Source: a virus (Duplodnaviria > Caudoviricetes). Taken from it: a stretch of DNA of 64,000 nucleotides. Positions within the stretch are counted from its first letter, which is position 1. Each line of letters opens with the position of its first letter. Made by a program: the position numbers and the translations under genes. The notes beneath the pieces are model-generated. The model saw nothing but the letters and a program-made list of their open reading frames with translations, was not told the DNA's origin and did no database searches. Shown piece by piece: positions 45,508 to 55,550 of this stretch. The stretch lies in IMG/VR virus record IMGVR_UViG_3300011226_000001, positions 96,001 through 160,000 of that record. One strand, 5' to 3'.

Positions 45508-47840
45508 TGGCCAAGAAGCAAAAGCAGAAACAGCAACACGGTATCGGCCTGAAAGAGATTCACTTGCGCGACGTTGGTGTGTACAAGGAACTCGACATTG
45601 ATGGCTTGGACAAAGAGGGCTTCGCAACAATCTGCGGAAAGAACCTCGATAGCCCGAACGTTAAGGACAACACGAACGGCGTAGGGAAAAGTATGCTGTT
45701 CGCTGCAATACCTACGCTGCTGTACGAAGCAGATCCTCTTGCAATGAAAAAGAAAGACAAGGGGAACATGCTAGGCAAAGACAGCTCCATCGAGCTTGCA
45801 TGGCAATCACCTCTTGGTGGTGAAGTTCGTATTATTCAGACCAAAACAAAGTATCAGGTATTCTACAACGGTGAGAACCAGAAAGTAGATCGTCAGGATG
45901 TTGCTCGCTCTTGGGTGACAAAGCACTGGCCACTAACGCGTGACGAGTTCTATAGTTATGCGTACATTCAGTCGCAGATTCAGCATCCGTTCCAACGCGC
46001 TACACCTGCTGAACGCCTGACGTACCTGACCTCGCTGTTCAACCTCGATATCTTCGACAACATTCGACAGGCGTTGAAGAAGAAACTGGACTTGGCCAAA
46101 GACGCCGAGACAGAATCGAAGGGTCTTGCTGATATGCTTGACGTTACACAACGTAAGCAGAACGCCCTGTCTATTCACGCAGAAGAAAAGAATACGCTGA
46201 AAGCAATCATCAAGCATTCTGACAAGATGAAAGCGCGGCGTAATGAGTTGTCCGAGCAATTGATTGAACTCGGTACTCAACGTTCTACTGCGAAGAAGTA
46301 CGAAAAGCTCAAGCACCAACTCGACACGTTGGGAATTGAGACAGACGACCTTAAAGGTGAACTGAACAATCTGCGCGGTCTGTTGCAAGAACATGATCGC
46401 TACGATGCCTTTGTCGAAGCTCTGGACGAGTATCAGTCTGAACTGTCCGAAGTCAAAAAGAAAATCAAAGCGCTTGGTGATGTTGCTGATCTCGACAACA
46501 AAAAGCTACGCAAAGAACATGGACGCTTAGTTAAAGAGGAAGAAAGCCTCGAAGCGTTATTGGAGAAAGTCGATGAACAGCAGGAAGAGTACGACGACTG
46601 GCGAGAAGCAGTGGACAAGCTCAGTAAAAAGCTGTCTAAGCTCAAAGCTCCTAAACGAACTCAGGAAGAGGCACAGGATTCCCGAGCAGAAGCCAAAGCA
46701 ATAGTTCAGGCGTATCGCGCGTTTGAAGAACACGATCACGACGGCAACTCTTGTCCTACGTGCGGTCAGGGTGTTAACCTGAAAGCTATGGCTCGCGCTG
46801 CAACGAAAGCTCAGGCAATCATTGACGAGTGCATTGAAGCAATCGAATATCACAAGCTGAATGCAGAACTCACCGAGTTGCAAGACAACAAAGTGAAGAA
46901 GCCTAAGCATAAGCGCAAAGACCTTGAGCGTAAACTCAAAGCTGTCGGTGCTGCTCTGGACGATATCGAAGAACAATTCGAGACAGCGAAGAAGTATGAG
47001 AAGCTGGTGGCCAGACGTGATGCGCTCAAGAAACCAAAAGCAGTGAAGCAGCCTAAGAAAGCTCGTAAGACAATCAAGAACCGCATCAAGGACCTTGAGA
47101 TTCTGAAAGACATTCGTGCTGCACTCAAAGCTGTTGGTGAGCCGGAAGATCCATTCTACATTCTCGATGGCCGATATAAAAAGGTAAGCGCCGAAGTTGA
47201 AAAGCTGATTACCGATATCGAGAAGAAAGAACGCAAAGCGCAGAACATCCAGATGCGTATTCAGGAGCATGAGCACTACGAGGAAACTCTCAAAGAGCTT
47301 CGTGGTAAACTCGCAGACCTGCAACCGCTGATTGATAAGCGCAAGGTGTTCGAAGTCTTGTACAAGGCATACAGCAACAACGCACTCAAACTGAAAGCTG
47401 TTGAAGGTCGTATCAAACAGATTGAGGCGAAGTTGAACGAATACTCCAGTCTGGTATTCCCTGAGCCTATGCGTTTCGATTTGTTCACGACTAAGCAAGG
47501 TGTTGGCGCTACCGTTACGCGTGTGTCTTCTAAGAAGACAACCGACATTGCAATCATGAGTGGTGCAGAGACTAACTGCTTCCGCCTGTTGTTTGCTGTA
47601 GCGATCATGCCATTCATCCCTGCTAATCGCCGCACGAACTTTATCATTCTCGACGAGCCTGATAACAGTTGCAGCCCAGCAGTCAGTGAGCATATCATCA
47701 ATAACTTCCTGCCAATACTCAAACAGATTATCCCGAACATCTACTGGATAACTCCGAATGACGTTGAGCACTTCTCTAACAATCAGTGGACTGTGACCAA
47801 GAAACAGGGCAGGTCCGCACTCACGCGTAAGGTGATGTAA
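45507..47840 (+). CDS. sbcC: SbcC/Rad50 (gp46-like) SMC ATPase
   Basis: NGVGKS Walker A, Q-loop, coiled coils with CPTCGQ hook, MSGAE signature, ILDEP. Confidence 0.9.
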   Translation: MAKKQKQKQQHGIGLKEIHLRDVGVYKELDIDGLDKEGFATICGKNLDSPNVKDNTNGVGKSMLFAAIPTLLYEADPLAMKKKDKGNMLGKDSSIELAWQSPLGGEVRIIQTKTKYQVFYNGENQKVDRQDVARSWVTKHWPLTRDEFYSYAYIQSQIQHPFQRATPAERLTYLTSLFNLDIFDNIRQALKKKLDLAKDAETESKGLADMLDVTQRKQNALSIHAEEKNTLKAIIKHSDKMKARRNELSEQLIELGTQRSTAKKYEKLKHQLDTLGIETDDLKGELNNLRGLLQEHDRYDAFVEALDEYQSELSEVKKKIKALGDVADLDNKKLRKEHGRLVKEEESLEALLEKVDEQQEEYDDWREAVDKLSKKLSKLKAPKRTQEEAQDSRAEAKAIVQAYRAFEEHDHDGNSCPTCGQGVNLKAMARAATKAQAIIDECIEAIEYHKLNAELTELQDNKVKKPKHKRKDLERKLKAVGAALDDIEEQFETAKKYEKLVARRDALKKPKAVKQPKKARKTIKNRIKDLEILKDIRAALKAVGEPEDPFYILDGRYKKVSAEVEKLITDIEKKERKAQNIQMRIQEHEHYEETLKELRGKLADLQPLIDKRKVFEVLYKAYSNNALKLKAVEGRIKQIEAKLNEYSSLVFPEPMRFDLFTTKQGVGATVTRVSSKKTTDIAIMSGAETNCFRLLFAVAIMPFIPANRRTNFIILDEPDNSCSPAVSEHIINNFLPILKQIIPNIYWITPNDVEHFSNNQWTVTKKQGRSALTRKVM

Positions 47841-48160
47841 TGATCTTCGGTCAGCTTGATACTAAGCACGAGAATGGCAGTGTGCCTCTCGACCCTGCGT
47901 ATATAAATCGCAACCCAGGCATCTTTGCCAAATACGAAGTTGTTGCTAATCACAACTGCATGGAGGAGCAAGAGGAGTTCTACTTCAAAACTCCTCTGCA
48001 TCGCATATTCGGTCTTTATCCTAAAGTGCGTAAGGTGATGCGACCTTCGCTGCGTGTGTACATGAAAGACCACCAGCTGATCTGTCATCCTACGTTAGCG
48101 ACAAATATCGAACGTACTCTGCGTGAGTACACTGCTAATGCGTTGAACACGGTGGAGTGA
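47840..48160 (+). CDS. Hypothetical protein
   Basis: 106 aa, TAATG overlap. Confidence 0.65.
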   Translation: MIFGQLDTKHENGSVPLDPAYINRNPGIFAKYEVVANHNCMEEQEEFYFKTPLHRIFGLYPKVRKVMRPSLRVYMKDHQLICHPTLATNIERTLREYTANALNTVE

Positions 48161-48876
48161 CAATGCCTGTAATCGCGGTAACACGCCAAAGCCCAGAGCA
48201 AGTTCTGGGCTGGCTCAAGAAGAAGGGTCATGCAGACCGAGTGACATTCGTTCCTCAGGGCGGCACCATTGACCCTTCAAAGAAATATCGTAAGTACCTG
48301 TTTATTGTAGGTACGAAAGAGTATTCGCGCAATGCAGTAGCGATTCGTGACATGCCTAACCATATCTTCTATGTGTTTGGTCATTCTGAAACGCTGCGTC
48401 GTTACGGACTTGACGTTGATCTCAAACTCGACGAAATGGTTCCGCAGAAAGGTAAGCTCGCACCTGTCGGTCAGTATCTTGATGACCTCAAGAAACGTGC
48501 AATCGACGGTAGCCTGTTCTATCGACTGATGACCTACATCTACACGTTGCCGTCGAAGACTCACCAGAAGCCTTTGACGGCAACCATCTGTCGTTGGATC
48601 TATCACGGTGGTCGCAAGAACATAGAACGCGAGATCGACGCGCTGCCTATCAAGCTGACTGCTATTCAAAAGCACACGCTGATGAAGATCTTAGCCAAGC
48701 CTGTTGCAGAACGTTTGTGTCAGGCTTTCCTCGATCTGAACAGCGGTGCGTGTGAGACAGTCGGTGAAGCGGTTGTCAAACACAACGTGCAGGTATTCGA
48801 AATCGGTTACATTCGTGGTAACGTAGAGAAGACCTCGAACATCACCGATACTTATCTCGCTAATCAGGGAGTTTAG
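48157..48876 (+). CDS. Hypothetical protein
   Basis: 239 aa ORF in operon. Confidence 0.72.
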   Translation: MTMPVIAVTRQSPEQVLGWLKKKGHADRVTFVPQGGTIDPSKKYRKYLFIVGTKEYSRNAVAIRDMPNHIFYVFGHSETLRRYGLDVDLKLDEMVPQKGKLAPVGQYLDDLKKRAIDGSLFYRLMTYIYTLPSKTHQKPLTATICRWIYHGGRKNIEREIDALPIKLTAIQKHTLMKILAKPVAERLCQAFLDLNSGACETVGEAVVKHNVQVFEIGYIRGNVEKTSNITDTYLANQGV

Positions 48877-48877
48877 T

Positions 48878-49192
48878 ATGTCTCGTAATATTCACGACGT
48901 AGCGCGTCATGGAACATTGATGGTTAAGATCGATGACAGTGTGCCTGACGTTTGGAATAAGTTGGCAGGGTTCGATGTTGGTCTCATTGGCGGTATCGAT
49001 CAGTATGACCTAACTCCCGATCAGATGACCAAGATTGCTACGGTTGCTGAAAGCATGAGCGGTTACTCTGATGAAGATCTTGAGTCTATGGCACGTATTG
49101 GACGCAGGGCACAGCTTGCTCTTGATGCTCGTCGTTCTCGTGTAACCTCTGCTCAGGTGGAGGAAGCATGTCAGCCGATTACGAAGCGTTAG
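48878..49192 (+). CDS. Hypothetical protein
   Basis: 104 aa, GGGAG SD. Confidence 0.65.
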   Translation: MSRNIHDVARHGTLMVKIDDSVPDVWNKLAGFDVGLIGGIDQYDLTPDQMTKIATVAESMSGYSDEDLESMARIGRRAQLALDARRSRVTSAQVEEACQPITKR

Positions 49193-49509
49193 TGCTGGTG
49201 TCGATACTTGCGTCATTTGCGATGCGACCTGTTGTTCTCGGTATCAAACTAACCGAAGTAAAACGCGCATGGTACATCGTGGGCGTAGCATTGTTCCTGC
49301 TTGTGTTTTGCAATGAAGCTATGGAGATGACCAAGTGGCATGTGTTCACCTACGTCATGTCGTTTGTGATCATTGCCGCTGTCTATGATGGTGCGTATGC
49401 TGGTGGACTCAATCGCTACGTCAGAGGTCATGTGTTGCAGTACGCATATCTCGCGCATATAGGTATTCTTTCTGCTTTAATCGCTTGGTCAACACGTTGG
49501 GTATTCTAA
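49168..49509 (+). CDS. Small multi-pass membrane protein
   Basis: About four hydrophobic segments in 113 aa. Confidence 0.65.
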   Translation: MSADYEALVLVSILASFAMRPVVLGIKLTEVKRAWYIVGVALFLLVFCNEAMEMTKWHVFTYVMSFVIIAAVYDGAYAGGLNRYVRGHVLQYAYLAHIGILSALIAWSTRWVF

Positions 49510-49594
49510 GGGGCTTCGGCCCCTTTTGTCGATCTTGCATCTAATTTTACCTAAATTCGGAGTACCTTAAATTTGTTTACCTAGAGGTAATCAT

Positions 49595-50479
49595 ATGCAG
49601 TACATAGCTGCTCTATTTGGACTTGCGAGTCCTGTGGCAACAATGCCAAACGTTCTTTTCTTCGATGATAAGGACGGTGTCACCAAAGCTCAAATGCGTG
49701 ACATGACATTTGCGAAAGCCAACGCACACAAAGCGCGAGCAATTCTTGGTACGGGTAGTCAACTCAATCCTATTGCTGGACAATATGGAAATAAATACTT
49801 CCCTACTTTCGCAAAGTACGCGGCAGATGCGAACTGGTCACCTGCTACGTATGACCCTATAACTCAGGAGAACACTGTAGGATTTTCACTGCATAATTCC
49901 GATGCTGTGTCTACTGATTATCAGAGCTATGCAGCGACACGCGCACCGTATCAATCCTCTTATACAATAACGAAGGGTACTATAATTGTTAACTGTCCGT
50001 TCGACGTACAATTACACTTTCCAAAATGTGCTGCTTACGCAACAGACACGTGGGGTGATCAATTTGGAAGATTTCCTAGTACCATTCATCTTCTGTCCTA
50101 CAATGGCGCAATCGTTGATAAACCTGCATCCAATTCTGATCAGTTTATCACTGGCTATGACCATCCAAGTATAGTTCCAACAGATGTGTATACAACCTCC
50201 ACTGTTAATTTTCGATATGCAATGGCGCTGAAACAGATAATCGTTGCAACAGACAAAGGAAACTATGCCGACATATATTTGCCGTATAGGGACAACGGCC
50301 TTTTCTGGGGATCAAGGTCAGCACCGGACGAAACGGTCAATCTCACGTTTGGCCTGTTCTACTGGAAAGCATTCAACACTCTGGTAATGTTGGATTCGAG
50401 GGACTACGATGTTGCGTCGAACCTCATTCCGGGAACCAGACCTAATATGCGATTCAAACAATCGAACTTAGTCATCTAA
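49595..50479 (+). CDS. Fibre/appendage-like protein, paralogue 1
   Basis: LFFDDKD..LNPIAGQ N-terminus and NLIPGTRP C-terminus; CTAATTTT upstream. Confidence 0.65.
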   Translation: MQYIAALFGLASPVATMPNVLFFDDKDGVTKAQMRDMTFAKANAHKARAILGTGSQLNPIAGQYGNKYFPTFAKYAADANWSPATYDPITQENTVGFSLHNSDAVSTDYQSYAATRAPYQSSYTITKGTIIVNCPFDVQLHFPKCAAYATDTWGDQFGRFPSTIHLLSYNGAIVDKPASNSDQFITGYDHPSIVPTDVYTTSTVNFRYAMALKQIIVATDKGNYADIYLPYRDNGLFWGSRSAPDETVNLTFGLFYWKAFNTLVMLDSRDYDVASNLIPGTRPNMRFKQSNLVI

Positions 50480-50515
50480 CGCTAATTTTAGTCTGTCTAA
50501 AAGAGGACTTTATCT

Positions 50516-51088
50516 ATGGACGCATTGACGTTTAGAAAGAAAGCTATTGCGGAAGTTATTGATCGCGAAGGTGGCGAGAAGTATACAAACCGCGCTGCTG
50601 ACCGTGGCGGTCCTACTCGTTGGGGCGTCACTGAAAAGAATGCTCGTGCCTATGGCTACAAGGGTGCGATGCAAGACCTGCCTTATGAGATTGCGTATGC
50701 GATCTACAGCGCTAATTTCTGGGACTTCTGCAAATGCGATCAGCTTGCGAAGTATAGTCAGGAACTGGCACTGTGGGTATTCGACTACGCAGTAAACTCA
50801 GGGCCACCAGCAGCAATCGCAGAGTTGCAAGACCAATTGAACATCTTAAACAGCCGAGGCAGACTCTATCCTGATTTTGCTCCTGCTGCGAATATTGGTC
50901 CGAAGACTCTTGCTGCTCTGGATGCGTACTGCAAAGTGCGTGATATCAAAGTTCTGGCGTATGCCTATAACGGCTGTCGTATTGCGAAGTTGAAAAACAT
51001 CGCTAAGGCAGACGAAACTCAGGAAGATAACATTTATGGTTGGTACCAGCGTGTTATCACAATCACTAAACAAGTTGGAGTAAACTAA
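50516..51088 (+). CDS. Endolysin, glycoside hydrolase family 108 with PG-binding domain
   Basis: REGG..YTN..DRGGPTRWGVT, FDYAVNSG, IGPKT and GW..R. Confidence 0.9.
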   Translation: MDALTFRKKAIAEVIDREGGEKYTNRAADRGGPTRWGVTEKNARAYGYKGAMQDLPYEIAYAIYSANFWDFCKCDQLAKYSQELALWVFDYAVNSGPPAAIAELQDQLNILNSRGRLYPDFAPAANIGPKTLAALDAYCKVRDIKVLAYAYNGCRIAKLKNIAKADETQEDNIYGWYQRVITITKQVGVN

Positions 51089-51090
51089 TC

Positions 51091-51426
51091 ATGTCTCTTA
51101 TCAAACTGAACCTGAACGACGTTGTTAAATCCGAGTCTGCATCTCCTGCGCTGAACGCCTTCTTCAAGGGTCTGGACAAGAAAGCTCTATTCGAGATCAT
51201 CGACGATGGTATGCCGTCTGACCTCGAAGGTCCGAACGACATTCTGGATCTGCGTTTCATCAGCGCTACCGGCGACACCGCTCGTTTCGGCATCATCACC
51301 AAAGATGAAGACGAAGGTTTCAACGTGACTGGTCTCGACATTCGTTTCGAAGGTGAGTTCGACGACGAAGGCGATATCCAACCTACTCTGGCTGCTGCTA
51401 AGAAAGCTCTCGCCCGTCTGCGTTAA
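51091..51426 (+). CDS. Acidic protein with SES leader
   Basis: MSLIKLNLNDVVKSESA. Confidence 0.72.
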   Translation: MSLIKLNLNDVVKSESASPALNAFFKGLDKKALFEIIDDGMPSDLEGPNDILDLRFISATGDTARFGIITKDEDEGFNVTGLDIRFEGEFDDEGDIQPTLAAAKKALARLR

Positions 51427-52031
51427 TGGAAATCTACGTCTCCCTATCTAAGGCGACGCAAATCACAGCCCAGGCACTGCAAAGTGTCGTGGGCTTTCGT
51501 GTATTAGATCACAAACTTTTACGCGAAGAAGATGGTTTCGCCTTCTACGCGTTCGTCACTTTTATGCGAGATGACTCTGGTGATTATGAGCTTAATATCG
51601 CCAAGTTGATTCGTAAAGGATTGACAACGCATAGCTTCAAGCTCAATAGCCTCACTACAATCGGTGACGGCTATCAGACGATCTATGAAGCCGCAAACGC
51701 TATGGAGCGATTGAATGTGAACGGTAAGTTCCTGTCTCAGTCCTCCCCTCCACCAATTCAAAGCGTTGTGTTTCAGCTAAGTGATTTCCGCATTCCATTG
51801 ACACCTGACTTGCAGATTAAAGTCGATGCGTGGTGTGAAGCACAGGCTATCTGTCCTCTGCGGTATGCAGTTGTGAATCCGAGAACTGAGTCGATCGAGG
51901 TCTCTTTCAAAGACGCTTCGGCACACAACTCAGATATCATTGAGCAGATGCTACGCAACTCCCTGTACCAAGCGCTGGGTGATTACTCGGCCGGTAAAAA
52001 CTTCGATCTCCCAGGCAGAGCCCTGGTCTAA
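51426..52031 (+). CDS. Protein with VSLS leader
   Basis: MEIYVSLSKA; TAATG overlap. Confidence 0.72.
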   Translation: MEIYVSLSKATQITAQALQSVVGFRVLDHKLLREEDGFAFYAFVTFMRDDSGDYELNIAKLIRKGLTTHSFKLNSLTTIGDGYQTIYEAANAMERLNVNGKFLSQSSPPPIQSVVFQLSDFRIPLTPDLQIKVDAWCEAQAICPLRYAVVNPRTESIEVSFKDASAHNSDIIEQMLRNSLYQALGDYSAGKNFDLPGRALV

Positions 52032-52041
52032 GGGAAATAGA

Positions 52042-53007
52042 ATGGCACTCATTCGTATTAATATCGCGGACACGTTGTTGTCCGAATCTGCTGCAAAGAA
52101 ACCTGCGTACCACATCGTACAATCTTCTAGCGGTCCTATGATCGTTATTGATTCGAAGCACAAGCCTGTTGTCACAAAGGCCGTCACTTCTCTCGCTTCC
52201 GCGAAGAAGCTTGGTCTGTCTGCGGCTAAACTTAGCCAAGCCACCGAGAAACTTAAACTCAAGTTGAAGTCTACGCGTGATGCAGGTAAGAAAGGGCCGC
52301 TACGTGACAAGATCAAAGCAAACAATGCTACGATCAAGAAGGACGTTGCTGCGGCCAAAAAGCTGGCTAAAGATGCACTGTCCTCCTTAGCTAAAGCTGG
52401 CTTGAAGGTCTTAGATCCCACAGTGCGTCCTACGTACATCACATCTACCCAGCCTGACTATACTATTGGTAAAATCGGTAAAGCTAAAACGAATAGCTTC
52501 TGGGTAAAAGCGAGCGGTACGCATCGTGCACCTTCTCTGCTCAAGCCTCGATACGCGACTGGTGAGAAGTTCGATAAGATTGGTGCTTCTCCTGCTGCGA
52601 AGAAATTGAAGCCGGGTACTGCACCTAATGCGAAAGCTAAGCCTAAGCCTAAGAACGAGAATAGCTTGTGGCGTCACTATGACAAATCAAGCGGACCGAA
52701 AGGCGAACAGTATAAAACTGAGGGTCAGCTTCGTGATGCTGCTCGTCAGTCGTTGCAGGCGCAGTCTCGTCAGTGGGATAAAGACACCCGCATGTCCAAG
52801 CGTATGCTGAAAGAGTTGAATGGCGGTAAAGCTATCACTTCTGCTGCTGGCTGGACCGGTACTGTCGAAAAAGGTAAAGGTGTATTCACCAATAAGAAGG
52901 GCCAGAAGCTGGTGGTTAAGAAATCCGATATGGCTAGATTCGGTTTAACTCCTGATTCTTTCAAACGCGCTTTGGGTGAGTCCAACATCACAGACACTAA
53001 CTGGTAA
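52042..53007 (+). CDS. Lys/Ala-rich protein with SES leader
   Basis: Start MALIRINIADTLLSESA at 52042. Confidence 0.75.
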   Translation: MALIRINIADTLLSESAAKKPAYHIVQSSSGPMIVIDSKHKPVVTKAVTSLASAKKLGLSAAKLSQATEKLKLKLKSTRDAGKKGPLRDKIKANNATIKKDVAAAKKLAKDALSSLAKAGLKVLDPTVRPTYITSTQPDYTIGKIGKAKTNSFWVKASGTHRAPSLLKPRYATGEKFDKIGASPAAKKLKPGTAPNAKAKPKPKNENSLWRHYDKSSGPKGEQYKTEGQLRDAARQSLQAQSRQWDKDTRMSKRMLKELNGGKAITSAAGWTGTVEKGKGVFTNKKGQKLVVKKSDMARFGLTPDSFKRALGESNITDTNW

Positions 53008-53044
53008 ATCGCTGCATCTGCGTGGCGGTTAAGGAATAAAACAA

Positions 53045-53956
53045 ATGGCTCTTATTAGAATCAATATTGCAGATTCTTTAGTATCTGAGTCTGCTCGTGT
53101 TAAGGTAGTAAGCTATAAGGTAGCTAAAGTCGGCGGCAAAACTACGCTCGTAGTTGTGTCTGAGCGAAAAGCTGAATTGCAGGCTGTTGTCGGTCTGTTG
53201 AAGAAAGCGAAAACTGCCGCTGTGTCTGGTATGTCTTCACGTATCAAAGCTGCGACCGCTTTTACCAAAGCACAACAAACTCCTAAAGGCCCGCGTAAGA
53301 CTGCGTTGCGCGAAACCTATAAGACCGAGAAAGCTAAATCGTCTGCGGATATCAAGCAGGCTAAGAAGTTGATCAAAGAAGCGAATGCCCACGCGAAGAA
53401 ACACGGTTTCGGTGGACTGAACCTTCCGCTGTCTGCATCTGATATCGTAATGTCAGGTCCGGGTCTGGCCAAGGCTCTGAAAACTGTTCGCGGTATCAAG
53501 CTGACTGAGTTCGGTATTACTGGCAAGCGCGGTACATTCAAGCCTGTATTCATGAAGGCTGAAAAGTTGACCGCAGGCAAAGCCAGCACGCCTGCAACTC
53601 GCAAGGCCAAAGCAGACGCGAAAGCTCCATCTGCTAAAAAGCGTGCCGCGAAGAAACCCGTGGAAATGAACCCGATCGCACTGACTGCAAAAGTCAATAA
53701 GTCTCTGCCGAAGATGCTTAAAACTGTAGGTATCACTTTTGACCAGAACAAGAAATCAGGTTCTGTTAAATACGATACCAAAGATCTCAAAGGCAAGGCC
53801 ATAGGCAAGAACAACATTGTTATGACTGAGCTGCGTATGCACCTTGAGGATAAAAATATCCCAGTGCAGAAAACGGCAAATGGCTTTGAAGTCCCTGGCG
53901 TTATTAAGTTCACTCAGGGTGAGAAGGGTGTTACGTTCAAACGTCTGGGTAAGTAA
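53045..53956 (+). CDS. Lys/Ala-rich protein with SES leader (paralogue of 52042-53007)
   Basis: MALIRINIADSLVSESA. Confidence 0.75.
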   Translation: MALIRINIADSLVSESARVKVVSYKVAKVGGKTTLVVVSERKAELQAVVGLLKKAKTAAVSGMSSRIKAATAFTKAQQTPKGPRKTALRETYKTEKAKSSADIKQAKKLIKEANAHAKKHGFGGLNLPLSASDIVMSGPGLAKALKTVRGIKLTEFGITGKRGTFKPVFMKAEKLTAGKASTPATRKAKADAKAPSAKKRAAKKPVEMNPIALTAKVNKSLPKMLKTVGITFDQNKKSGSVKYDTKDLKGKAIGKNNIVMTELRMHLEDKNIPVQKTANGFEVPGVIKFTQGEKGVTFKRLGK

Positions 53957-54466
53957 TTGCAGATCTTCGTCAGCCTAAGTGCGCCTACAATCTACTATCG
54001 CGGTCTTGCAGAAGACTGGTCAGATGAACATGCTAAGAAGCAACACATGACTTGGGTAACACCAGATCGTGCGTATGCTGAGAAGTATGCGGAAGGTGGG
54101 CGCCTCTACAAGTTTCATGCGGACCCAGGTCGCTATGCCAGCCTGAAATTCCGTTCTCTGTGGACGGAAGTACGGTTCGCTGAGATTTATAGACGAGTGA
54201 AACAGCTAATCATGGAAGCCTTTCAGTTGCATCTGGTTGGCAAAGATGAAGCGATAACACTCGTCGGTCGTCTGGACGCTCTGAACAAACACATACCTGC
54301 TAATCAACACAAGCGAGTGTACATGTGGTGGGACGAGTACACAGAGATCAGTAAAATCCTAAAACTGGCTGGCTATGATTCTATCAAAGGCAATGAGGGT
54401 GAGCACCATGACGTGCCTACTTTCGGTATCTTTGATCATACGCGAGTCAGGATGATTAAGGAGTAA
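53957..54466 (+). CDS. ADP-ribosyltransferase-like protein with VSLS leader (TTG start)
   Basis: MQIFVSLS; YYRG..WVTPDRAYAEKYA..GYDSI..GIFD resembles ART-PolyVal-type pattern. Confidence 0.55.
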   Translation: MQIFVSLSAPTIYYRGLAEDWSDEHAKKQHMTWVTPDRAYAEKYAEGGRLYKFHADPGRYASLKFRSLWTEVRFAEIYRRVKQLIMEAFQLHLVGKDEAITLVGRLDALNKHIPANQHKRVYMWWDEYTEISKILKLAGYDSIKGNEGEHHDVPTFGIFDHTRVRMIKE

Positions 54467-54468
54467 TC

Positions 54469-54606
54469 ATGTTCAAGACAAAGCGTTTGTTGCTCGTCAG
54501 TCGCCGTACGGTGCCGATGATCAACTTTGGCATGGGCAAGATTATTGAAGAAGTATGGTTCGACCCAAAGAAGAACCGTAACGTGATCAAGACAATTATA
54601 GTCTGA
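54469..54606 (+). CDS. Small protein (45 aa; below ORF-track cutoff)
   Basis: AAGGAG SD, MFKTKRLLL...; terminator follows. Confidence 0.55.
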   Translation: MFKTKRLLLVSRRTVPMINFGMGKIIEEVWFDPKKNRNVIKTIIV

Positions 54607-54671
54607 CACTATCAAGGGCTTGCATCGAGAGGTGTAGGCCCTTTTGTACTTACCTGATAAAGGAGCCTACT

Positions 54672-55490
54672 GTGCAGTATCTGTCTAAGGTTGTTGTCGA
54701 TCCCAATAAACTCCCATCAGTTTTGTTCTACGACAACAAGGATAACATCTCTCTGGCACAACCCATTGAGGATGTTATTGTTAACGCTCGTTCGTGTTTG
54801 GGTAGCGGCCTACAACTGAATCCCATACGTGGTCAAAATGGCGCTAGGTACTATCATACGTTCCTGAGATACACACTAGGAGGTACTGCGAGAGTTACAT
54901 CTTTGTTGGCAGCAGCCAGAACTATTGCGTCAAAGAGTTTGTATACGTCTGACGGTACTGCAACAACGTTCCCTTCTGTAGGTATTGATGGGGATGGGAA
55001 CGCAGATACTCCTTATACGTTGAACAACATAATCTTGAATCCGAAAGGCGTAACGGGATTCCGTATGCCTAACCTGACGTTTAAAGCAGGTGCTGATAAT
55101 CGCTTCGGTGTTTACTACTATGTGTCTGACTCGACTTCCGAGATAGTTCAACCTACGTCTACATCTGCAGGTACAAACAACATCTACATATATCAGGGTC
55201 TGACAAAGGAAACTAAATTCATTCAGTTTCCTCTGCGTACATATGTTCAGGCCGTTCACTTCTACATAGACTATTTCTACGGAACTGGTCTTGTGTATAC
55301 GGACGTGACTCCTGGTACAAACGATGTTGTTAATCTGGACTGGGCTATTGGACTAATGACCGCCGGTAATATGTGTATCAGATATACGAAAGATAGAGAT
55401 TATACGATTGCCTCAAACTTAGTTCCAGGCAATCGTCCTAGAGTCACATTTAATACTCCTGAAGAATATGTGACTCAGCTAGATCTATAA
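54672..55490 (+). CDS. Fibre/appendage-like protein, paralogue 2
   Basis: LFYDNKD..LNPIRGQ; NLVPGNRP. Confidence 0.65.
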   Translation: MQYLSKVVVDPNKLPSVLFYDNKDNISLAQPIEDVIVNARSCLGSGLQLNPIRGQNGARYYHTFLRYTLGGTARVTSLLAAARTIASKSLYTSDGTATTFPSVGIDGDGNADTPYTLNNIILNPKGVTGFRMPNLTFKAGADNRFGVYYYVSDSTSEIVQPTSTSAGTNNIYIYQGLTKETKFIQFPLRTYVQAVHFYIDYFYGTGLVYTDVTPGTNDVVNLDWAIGLMTAGNMCIRYTKDRDYTIASNLVPGNRPRVTFNTPEEYVTQLDL

Positions 55491-55550
55491 ACCAATGTGG
55501 ACTCACCCTGGGGACTTTAAGGTCCATTCAACTCTATAAGGAAACGTGTT

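Noticed and set aside
46557-47771. 404-aa minus-strand ORF and similar long antisense ORFs (e.g. 59338-60084, 8369-9055)
   Set aside because: They lie opposite well-supported genes; the codon bias of the real gene can explain the lack of stops, and no motifs were recognised.
49168-49509. Holin call for the membrane protein near the endolysin
   Set aside because: It ends the sbcC operon before a terminator and is separated from the lysin by another gene; hydrophobicity alone is insufficient.
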